In this document: piece by piece, positions 35,714-43,365 of the stretch
Position numbering within the stretch: the stretch's first letter is position 1
Layout of the letters: each line of letters begins with the position of its first letter
DNA from: Polyangiaceae bacterium
GTDB taxonomy: Bacteria > Myxococcota_A > Polyangia > Polyangiales > Polyangiaceae
Length of the DNA: 64,000 bases
Assembly (NCBI GenBank): GCA_965222375.1
Contig: CBDCTZ010000013.1
Coordinates: forward strand, 288,001-352,000
Reading direction: 5' to 3'
Notes under the pieces: model-generated
The model's input: only the letters and a program-made list of their open reading frames with translations
What the model was told of the DNA's origin: nothing
Databases searched by the model: none
Program-made: the position numbers and the translations under genes

Positions 35714-37081
35714 ATGGACACTCTCGACTCTCTCAGCAACGAACAACTACTCGCCCGGCTGCCAGTGCTTTGCTCCGAAGAGCGACGGGCGACCGCTGAG
35801 GTCATCGTGTACTTGGCGGAGGTCGAGCGTCGAAAGCTCTACCTCCAGGAGGCCTGTTCCTCGCTGTTCGCATTCTGCGTCGAGCGGCTCGGCTACTCGG
35901 AGCAAGCTGCCCTGAAGCGAATGCGCGTGGCTCGCCTCTACCTGGAGCTGCCGCAGATCCTCGATGAGCTGAAGGGCGGGGCGATCCACCTGACCGGGCT
36001 CTTCCTGCTCTCGGGTCATCTGACTGGAGACAACGCGGAGTCGCTGCTGGCCGAGGCTCGCGGCAAGACCCGGCGTCAGCTCGAACTTGTGATTGCGCGA
36101 TGGTTCCCAAGGCCCGATGTCCTGGCCAGCATCACGCCACTCGGGGTGGAATCAACTCGTCCTGGGATTCCTGGGATAGGTGCAATCGCCACCGCCGTCA
36201 CCAGGAATGGAGCTCCTACAGACGCGGCTGACGGAGTTACCTATCCTGGGACAAGCGATTACCTCGACGGCGCCGGAACCGCGAGCGACACCACCTATCC
36301 TGGGACGAGTGAATCTCACGGAAGCGGACATGGTCAGCGTCGAGCGCGCGCCCGAGCGCAGCCGCTCTCCGCGCAGAGCTACCGCGTGGAATTCACGGCC
36401 AGCGCGGAGCTTCACGCGAAACTCGAGCGCGCCCAGAACTTGCTCAGCCACGCGGTGGCGCCAGGGAACTTGGGAGAGCTCTTCGAGCGTGCTTTGGATG
36501 AGCTCATCGCGAAGGAGACCAAGCGACGTCAGGGCGTAATGAGCGACAAGCCCCGCAAGCTCCGGCCGCTCAAGGAAGACTCACGGCACGTACCGGTCTC
36601 GGTGGCTCGAGAGGTGTGGGAGCGCGACGAGTCCCAATGCACGTTTGTCGACGCACACGGACGGCGCTGCAGTGAGAAACGCTATGTGACCCTGGAACAC
36701 GTGGACCCGCACGCTCGCGGTGGCCCGCCCAGTGTCCACAACCTCTGTTTACTCTGCGGACCTCACAACCAAGACGCGGCTAGGCGCGAGTTCGGCGAGG
36801 AGCACATCCGGCGCAAGCAACGAGAGCGCGAAGCCTATTCGAAAGCGGGAAAGGTGCTGGTTGGCCTCGGGTTCAAGCGCAAGCAGGTCAGCTCCGCACT
36901 GGACGCGCTTCGCAAACGCGGAAATGAGCCCGAAGTCGAGGCATTGCTGCGACAGGCCGTCGCCATGCTGCATCCCGTCATGCAGATCGCTCCGCAAGCT
37001 GCCGACACCGAGAAACCAGCTGAGCCGAGGGCTCACGCACAACCGCGCCGCGCTCATGCGCAAGAAACGATCGCGCCGTGA
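35714..37081 (+). CDS. HNH endonuclease with DUF222-like N-terminal helical domain and RuvA-C-like C-terminal domain
   Basis: N-terminal LAEVERRKLY..ACSSLFAFC..LGYSE..A.KR..VAR; HNH module VWERDESQC...RC...EHVDPHARGG....NL.LLC..HN; C-terminal LVGLGFKRKQVSSAL...EALLRQA. Confidence 0.88.
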   Translation: MDTLDSLSNEQLLARLPVLCSEERRATAEVIVYLAEVERRKLYLQEACSSLFAFCVERLGYSEQAALKRMRVARLYLELPQILDELKGGAIHLTGLFLLSGHLTGDNAESLLAEARGKTRRQLELVIARWFPRPDVLASITPLGVESTRPGIPGIGAIATAVTRNGAPTDAADGVTYPGTSDYLDGAGTASDTTYPGTSESHGSGHGQRRARARAQPLSAQSYRVEFTASAELHAKLERAQNLLSHAVAPGNLGELFERALDELIAKETKRRQGVMSDKPRKLRPLKEDSRHVPVSVAREVWERDESQCTFVDAHGRRCSEKRYVTLEHVDPHARGGPPSVHNLCLLCGPHNQDAARREFGEEHIRRKQREREAYSKAGKVLVGLGFKRKQVSSALDALRKRGNEPEVEALLRQAVAMLHPVMQIAPQAADTEKPAEPRAHAQPRRAHAQETIAP

Positions 37082-37281
37082 CTCCAGGGCTGCCGGCGCC
37101 GCGACGTGCACGAGGCTTTCGCGCGGCCCATTGCTGCGAGTCTGGGCGCGCCACTCGCGCGGCCCCTTGGTGCGAGCCCTGCGCAGAAGACTTACGGCGC
37201 CGTGACTACACGACTGCCGGCGCAGTAACGGGCGCGAGGCTTTGACTCGCGCGGCGGATTGATGCGAGGCACGAGCGCGCC
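37058..37281. repeat. Diverged tandem duplication (period ~124 nt) containing three TCGCGCGGC-N3-TTG-N-TGCGAG units
   Basis: GCGCCGTGACT...CTGCCGGCGC...CGAGGCTTT at 37073 and 37197; sub-units at 37119, 37155 and 37247. Confidence 0.65.
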
Positions 37282-37295
37282 GCCGGCGCTCCGCG

Positions 37296-37582
37296 CTCTG
37301 ACACGCGCGGCGCCGGCGCCCCGGCGGAGGTGCGGGTGTGGCGGGCCCCCCAAGACCCGCCCGCACCGCAGCCCTCACCAGACGAGACGACACCAGTCGC
37401 TGGCGCGTTTTGCGCAACTCAGCATCGCGGTTGTCCGACAAGTTGTCCCACCCGGGGTGGGCCTCCGTACAGATTTCGCGCAACTAGCTGACTCAACGTG
37501 TCGAACAAGTTGCCCTCCCACCCTGGGATTTCCGTGTGTGCAGATCGTTGAAGGACCGCATTCCCCTATCAGCCTTCCGTCA
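37296..37582 (-). repeat. Right copy of the ~290-nt inverted repeat (structured non-coding element)
   Basis: The reverse complement begins TGACGGAAGGCTGATAGG and ends CGCCGGCGCC...GTCAGAG, matching the left copy. Confidence 0.88.
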
Positions 37583-38020
37583 TGGGCGGGGAGGGTTGTT
37601 CGGGCTGGAGGGTGGGTCTCGGCTTGTGCAGAGTTGCCTTCGCCAGCGCGCCAGAAAATGTCCGGCGCGTTTTGCGGGCGCAGGCGGACCGCGAGCTGGA
37701 AAACTCGCCAGTGCGCCGGCGAACGCGTGGCGGCGCGGGCGGCGCGGCAGTCCGTCGAGAGGTCCAGCCAATCTATCCTATTGGTAACGCCACACCTCGC
37801 ACCGCGATGAACCGTCGATGACGGCAGCTTCCGGCACATCCCCCAAAACAGACAACGATCAACTAGTCGGACCTTTCGCGGCGCATCCTTTTGGGCGGTC
37901 CCTGCAGAAAGTGTGCTGAATCATGGGATGCGAGGATGGGCACAATGGGTGAGGCCAAAGCGCAGCCGGCGCGCCGGCCCGAACCACAGGACTCCACCCC
38001 TTCGAGGCGGCAACTGCGCT

Positions 38021-40108
38021 ATGCTTCAGCCCATGATGTCACTCCTGCGCTTGGCGTTCATGGCGGTGGTTTCGGCGAGCTTGCTCGCCTGTGGCGGCGA
38101 CGACGGCGCGGGTGGCGGAAGCTCGGGCTCGGGTGGCAGCGGCGGAACTGGCGGCAGCGGTGGCGCGCCTCCGATTGGCTCCAAGGTGACCAGTGTGACC
38201 ATCGTCGCGCATGCCGGCGCGACCGAGGCGGGTGTGGTCACCTTCGCCCAAGCGTTCAAGGCCGGAGACGTCGCGGAAAGCGTGGCCGTAACGGACGGTG
38301 ACACCCCGCTCACGACTCAAGTCGACGTCAAACGTCGACACGACGATGGCAGCCTGCGCCACGCGGTGATCAGCGTCGAGCTGCCTGCCCTCAGCGCCGA
38401 TCAATCCCTCAACCTCGACATCAAGAGCGCCGGCGCCCCACAGCCTGCGCCCGGCCCGGATACCAAGACGCTGCTCGGGGGCGGTCTCGACACAAGCGTC
38501 GAGGTGACAGAAGGCGGCAAGACCTACGTTGCCGAAGCCGCAGATTTACTTGGAGCCACGGCTGCAACCCGCTGGCTCGACGGCACGTTGGTCAGTGAAG
38601 TGCGCACGTTGGGACCCTTGAGCGAAGGCGGCAGTGATCACCCCGCATTGGCTGTGCAGCTCGACGCGCGTTTCTTCAGCCCAAGTGACGTGCGGGTCTC
38701 GGTGAGCGTGGAGAATGCCTTTCACGACACGCCGGGCAATCGCAACTACGACGTCAAGATCATCAGTGGAGGCAATACGATTTATGAGAGGGCAGGCGTG
38801 GATCACTTCCACCATGCTCGCTGGCGCCACGTGCACTCCTTCGGAACAGCTCAGCCCGACGTCTTCGTTCGCCATGACCTCGGCTACTTGATCGAAACCG
38901 GAGCGCTGCCCAAATACGATCTAGCCCGGACGCCCTCCCCCAAGGCCATCAGCAGTGTGACCAATGCCTGGGACGCAGCCGACAAGGACATCTTGGACAA
39001 CGGCTTGGTCACGAAGTACTTCCCAACCACTGGCGGTCGGGACGACATCGGTCCGCTGCCAAAATGGGCCGCCGTCGCGCTGATGACGGGTGACCCGGGT
39101 GTCATGGCCGCAACCATGGGCGTCGGTGATCTGGCGGCGAGCTTTTCCGTGCACTACCGCGACCGGGACACCGATCGCGCCATGGGCATCGATGACCACC
39201 CCACGATTTCACTGATCGCGGCTGCTGCAAAGCACTCGGATCCGGCGGATAAGCTGCCGGACTGCACGAACTGCGACTCGCCCTACACCGTGGACGATGC
39301 CCACCAGCCCTCGCTGGTATACGTGCCCTACTTGCTCAGCGGCGACAGCTTCTATCTGGACGAACTCTACTTCTGGACCAGCTGGAACTTCATCAAACAG
39401 AACCAGCAGTATCGAAAGAACGACCAGGGGCTGCTCGAGAGCCTGCAGGTGCGCGCTCAAGCCTGGTCAATCCGCACCTTGCTGCACGCGGCATGGCTCG
39501 CGCCGGACGGCGACAAGGAGCAGGCGTACCTGGCAGACAAGGTGAAGAACAACATCACCTGGTACAAGGACAACGCCATCGACAGCAATCCCTTCGGTTG
39601 GTGGGGAGAGCAGAGCAACTGGAACACCGACGGCGGGCGCCCCGACGACAACATGGATGCGGACGTGCGCTACTACACGTCGCCGTGGCAGAGCGACTTC
39701 CTGGTGTGGACCTGGGATAGCGCCGTCCGCATGGGCTATACGGACGCGCAAGGGATCCACGACTGGTTCGTCAAGTACACCATTGGGCGCTACACCAACG
39801 GGCCGGACTACAATCCCTACGACGGTTCGCCCTATCACATCGCGACCAGCAGTGTTTCGGGCAAGCCTTACTCGAGCTGGGCTGAGTTCTGGCAAATGAG
39901 CTTCGCGAACCGGAGCGGCCCCTCCCCGACGACCCTGGAGGATAAGAACTGCTCTTTGTGCTACTCCGCCATCGCGCGAGTCGCCCTGAGCAGCGCCGCC
40001 CGCGCCAAGCTCGCCAAGGGTCAAGAGGCCTTCGACTTCGTCGACAAGGAGCTGCGTCAAGCCGACGACAAATACGACGACGACCCGACCTGGGCGATCG
40101 TTCCCTAG
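38021..40108 (+). CDS. Secreted lipoprotein, putative polysaccharide lyase-like (PcRGLX/YetA-like N-terminal barrel + aromatic-rich helical domain)
   Basis: LLAC lipobox, GGSGG linker, VTFAQAFKAGDV..QVDVKRRHDDGSLRHAVIS, Trp/Tyr/Asp-rich C-terminus. Start is 38021, 38033 or 38036. Confidence 0.65.
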   Translation: MLQPMMSLLRLAFMAVVSASLLACGGDDGAGGGSSGSGGSGGTGGSGGAPPIGSKVTSVTIVAHAGATEAGVVTFAQAFKAGDVAESVAVTDGDTPLTTQVDVKRRHDDGSLRHAVISVELPALSADQSLNLDIKSAGAPQPAPGPDTKTLLGGGLDTSVEVTEGGKTYVAEAADLLGATAATRWLDGTLVSEVRTLGPLSEGGSDHPALAVQLDARFFSPSDVRVSVSVENAFHDTPGNRNYDVKIISGGNTIYERAGVDHFHHARWRHVHSFGTAQPDVFVRHDLGYLIETGALPKYDLARTPSPKAISSVTNAWDAADKDILDNGLVTKYFPTTGGRDDIGPLPKWAAVALMTGDPGVMAATMGVGDLAASFSVHYRDRDTDRAMGIDDHPTISLIAAAAKHSDPADKLPDCTNCDSPYTVDDAHQPSLVYVPYLLSGDSFYLDELYFWTSWNFIKQNQQYRKNDQGLLESLQVRAQAWSIRTLLHAAWLAPDGDKEQAYLADKVKNNITWYKDNAIDSNPFGWWGEQSNWNTDGGRPDDNMDADVRYYTSPWQSDFLVWTWDSAVRMGYTDAQGIHDWFVKYTIGRYTNGPDYNPYDGSPYHIATSSVSGKPYSSWAEFWQMSFANRSGPSPTTLEDKNCSLCYSAIARVALSSAARAKLAKGQEAFDFVDKELRQADDKYDDDPTWAIVP

Positions 40109-40143
40109 TTCAGTCGACTGCGAGAAGGCGCACGTCTCGACTC

Positions 40144-40707
40144 ATGAGCGAGCAGGGAGCGGCGGGGTTTGCGCGGGCGGCGCTAGTGCGCGCCCGTGTT
40201 CTCTGGGCGGCGCTCACCCTCGCGACGGTCGCATTCTTGAGCGCGGTATTGAGCATTGGGCAACAAGGCCAGCAGGAGCCCCAAGCCATGATGCTGCCAG
40301 CGCTTGCCCTCGTCTCGTTGAGCGTGGCGGTGATGAGCTTCGCGCTTCCCAAGCGGCTGCACCTTCAGGCGGTGGCCAACTTGAGTCTGGAAGTAGTCGA
40401 CCAAGCAGATCCCAACGCTTCCGATGTCATTCCCTACCGGGACGCGCCAACCCGCCGGGTGGTGAAGAGCCCATTGGAGGCCGCCCAAAAGGCGTTTGGC
40501 ACGTACCAAGTGTCCCTCATCCTGGGTTGCGCTCTGAGCGAGAGCGTCGCGTTGTTTGGGCTGGTTTTGGGTTTTGCGGTGTTCCCGCTCCAGACGGTGC
40601 TGCCGTTCTTCATCGCGAGTTGGGCGCTACTACTAGCGCGCTTCCCAACCATGCCCCGGGTGATCGCTCCCGTGGAGGCGCATCTGAAGGCGAAGATCCC
40701 GCTCTGA
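40144..40707 (+). CDS. Hypothetical membrane protein (about 4 TM)
   Basis: ATG 40144 MSEQGAAG; hydrophobic segments, ALSESVALFGLV. Confidence 0.72.
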   Translation: MSEQGAAGFARAALVRARVLWAALTLATVAFLSAVLSIGQQGQQEPQAMMLPALALVSLSVAVMSFALPKRLHLQAVANLSLEVVDQADPNASDVIPYRDAPTRRVVKSPLEAAQKAFGTYQVSLILGCALSESVALFGLVLGFAVFPLQTVLPFFIASWALLLARFPTMPRVIAPVEAHLKAKIPL

Positions 40708-40713
40708 ATTCGC

Positions 40714-41741
40714 TCAACCGGGCAGACAGGTATTCGCGGGGCCACCCAGGGGTTCGACGCTGGGTCCGCACCAGCCGTCCCAACCTTGATTCTTCAGGAA
40801 GGTGACGACCCCCGAATCGATGAAGCTTCCGAACTGCTGACACTGGTAGCCGGGGTGGGTGCACTGGAATCCGAAACACGTGCACAGCTGCATGCAGCGA
40901 CCTTGGCTGCCCGCTTGATTGTTCGCCGGGTCCTCCGGCCACAGGCAAGCAGCGCCCGAAGAGGTGGGAACGACCGGGCCACAGCCACCGAGGTTTGCGA
41001 GGTGACACGGCGCTGCGCAGCTCTGCTCGGTGCCGCCCTCGGACCCCGGGAAGGTCTCACAGGTGGAGTTGGTACAGGCGGTGCTGCTGCAATCATCACC
41101 GAAGGTCGGAGTTCCCAGTTGAGCTGGCTCACACAATCGGGACTGGAAGGAACAACCGTAGGTTCCACCCTCGGGTGCGGCTCCACAGCTAGCGTCTTTG
41201 CTGCAAGCCGGCAGACACATCGGCTTGCTCGTCTTGGTAAATACATCCTGCGCCCCGCCGCAGGCGAGATCGCCACGCATGCCGCACTTCTGCGGATCGG
41301 GTTGGCTGCAGCCCCGCATACAAAACGCCTGGTTGCCTCCGAAATCGTGGCAACCCGTCCCGGCCGGCATGTCTTTGCATAGGTCAGCGGTCGCCGAGCA
41401 GGGCAGCGTGCACACGCCGCCCTCGGGCGCTGCCCCGTTGGCAAGCTTGAAGGCGTTCGGCCCAGTTCCGAAGCACTTGAGAGGCGCACACTGGCTATCC
41501 GTTGTGCAGGACTTGCCGAGGGTGTGGGGCACACAAGCTCCCTGGAACACAGTTCTGGGCAGTTGCTAGCACCGGGGGTCACCGTCTTGTTGTTCAGGCA
41601 CTGCACCCTGTCCTTCATGTTCCCGCCGAAGTCCGACGCACAGTAGATGCCGTCGAGCAATGACGCGCAGGGATCCGGCGGGCCTGCTTCTGCATCGGCG
41701 CGCCCAGTGGGAAACACCTTGGGAGACCTGTTCGGCTTCAA
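40714..41741 (-). pseudogene. Cys-rich extracellular-type protein, frameshifted (or sequencing error) and lacking its N-terminus
   Basis: Frame A ...DPCASLLDGIYC...NCPELC continues as frame B FQGACVP...CTTDSQC if one base is added at 41546-41547. No signal peptide upstream. Confidence 0.6.
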
Positions 41742-41975
41742 CGCTCAGGTCGGCCTGTCCTCGGGGTTCCCGACGGATCCCAGCGTCGCTGGTTTTCTGT
41801 TCGGCAACGACGCCTCGTCCCTTTCCGTGGACAGCGCGCTATGGGGGGCCAGCCGTCGCCCGGGTGCACGGACATAGCCGGACAATAGCACGACCCGATC
41901 GCGTGGCTCCGGCGCCGGCTCCCTGCAGGGGAACGCCCGTCGCGGCGGCTACCGAGTCACCCGATTCACCGCGAT

Positions 41976-42004
41976 TTGACAATCGGGCCTGCGGTTGCCA
42001 TCTT
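41976..42004 (+). promoter_or_regulatory. Putative sigma70-type promoter of the rsgA leader
   Basis: TTGACA (41976-41981), 17 nt, then CATCTT (41999-42004) preceded by TG (extended -10). Confidence 0.5.
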
Positions 42005-42038
42005 CTCCTCTGCCCGGTGGGCAGAAGGAGGCGTACCA

Positions 42039-42086
42039 ATGATTGTGCACGAAACATCGCAAGTCGCCTCTCTGTCGGCGGCGTAG
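42039..42086 (+). CDS. Putative 15-aa leader peptide MIVHETSQVASLSAA
   Basis: Strong SD AAGGAGG (42025-42031) 7 nt before the ATG; followed by hairpins, then rsgA. Confidence 0.5.
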   Translation: MIVHETSQVASLSAA

Positions 42087-42247
42087 TTCCTGTCACCCCA
42101 CTTGCGCGTTGAGCGCCCAGCGCATGGCGTTGGCGCATCCGCGTCGTGCGGCGCTAGCAGCGCCGCAAACCTGGTGGCCCCGCGGCCGCCAGCCCTGCAT
42201 TCGCCCCGGCGCACGGCGTCCCGAGGCCCCTTCTTTGGACTCGAACA

Positions 42248-43321
42248 ATGAAATCAGATCTTTCCCTCGACCAGCTGGGCTGGTCGAAGTTCTTCAGCGA
42301 TCAGATCAGCGAACCACTCAGCCAATTATCGCCCGCCCGGGTCACGTCCGCCCACGCGGAATCCTGGGAGGTCATGGGCGAACGCGGCCTGGTAACCGCC
42401 GTTCCAACTGGCCAGCTACGCTTCTCCGGCGAGCGCTGGCCGGCGGTCGGTGACTGGGTACTGGTACATCACAACCCCGGGGGCGAACTGGCGACCATCG
42501 CTCACGTCTTGGAGCGCCGAACGGTTCTGGCGCGCAAAGCCGCAGGCCGACGCATCGAAAAACAAGTCATCGCCGCCAACGTCGACGTGGTGCTCGTGGT
42601 GACGTCCTTCGGACCGGACTTCAGCCCGGCACGCATCGAGCGCTATCTTTCCGCGATTGGCGCGGGCGGCGCTTCGCCAGTGCTCGTACTGTCCAAGCTC
42701 GACCTGAGCGAGCATCCACAGAGCACGATCGGACAGGCCCACGCTCTCGCGGGGGGCGCGGAGGCGCTGGTCACTTCCGTCGAAACGGGACACGGTGTGG
42801 ACGAGGTCGCATCCTACGACCGTCCAGGGCAAACCTTGGTATTCGTGGGGTCATCTGGCGTCGGCAAGTCGAGCTTGCTCAACGCTCTGCTGCACAAGGA
42901 GGCACAGCCGGTCCAGCCGATCCGAACTCGGGACGGCACCGGACGCCACACCACGACGGTGCGACAGATGTTTGCACTACCTGGTGGTGGGCTCGTGATC
43001 GACACGCCGGGCCTGCGCGAGTTTGCTCTGTGGTCCTCGGACGAAGATCCCGTCCCTAGCGCATTCTCGGACATCAACGAACTCGCGCTGGCGTGCCGCT
43101 TCATGGACTGTTCCCATGACGGAGAGCCTGGCTGTGCAGTCATAGCCGCCATCGACCGCGGAGAGCTGGACGCGCGGAGGCTGCGAAGTTGGAGCAAGCT
43201 GGCACGCGAGCTCGCCTACCATGCCGCCCGGCAGGACAGCCAAGGGCAGCTGAACCGGAAGAGACGCTGGAAATCAATTTCCAAGGAGAACCGACGCCGG
43301 ATGAAGCTCCTAGGTCGCTAG
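42248..43321 (+). CDS. rsgA: Ribosome small subunit-dependent GTPase A
   Basis: AVGDWV OB-fold, AANVD, SKLD, GSSGVGKS, GRHTTT, DTPGLRE, zinc finger CRFMDCSH.GEPGC. Confidence 0.95.
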   Translation: MKSDLSLDQLGWSKFFSDQISEPLSQLSPARVTSAHAESWEVMGERGLVTAVPTGQLRFSGERWPAVGDWVLVHHNPGGELATIAHVLERRTVLARKAAGRRIEKQVIAANVDVVLVVTSFGPDFSPARIERYLSAIGAGGASPVLVLSKLDLSEHPQSTIGQAHALAGGAEALVTSVETGHGVDEVASYDRPGQTLVFVGSSGVGKSSLLNALLHKEAQPVQPIRTRDGTGRHTTTVRQMFALPGGGLVIDTPGLREFALWSSDEDPVPSAFSDINELALACRFMDCSHDGEPGCAVIAAIDRGELDARRLRSWSKLARELAYHAARQDSQGQLNRKRRWKSISKENRRRMKLLGR

Positions 43322-43365
43322 CCCCCTACCCACGCTCGGCGGAGAAGCGCAGCGAACATGCGCCT

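Larger units (their letters stand above)
35176..37582. mobile_element. Putative HNH-encoding element bounded by long diverged inverted repeats
   Basis: Architecture is IR(292 nt) - HNH gene - IR(287 nt). No target-site duplication identified. Confidence 0.45.

Noticed and set aside
35176..37582. Classification as a classical IS, integron attC cassette, group II intron or IscB/HEARO locus
   Set aside because: No DDE or Y1 transposase, reverse transcriptase or RuvC motifs; no RYYYAAC/GTTRRRY attC ends; no target-site duplication seen.
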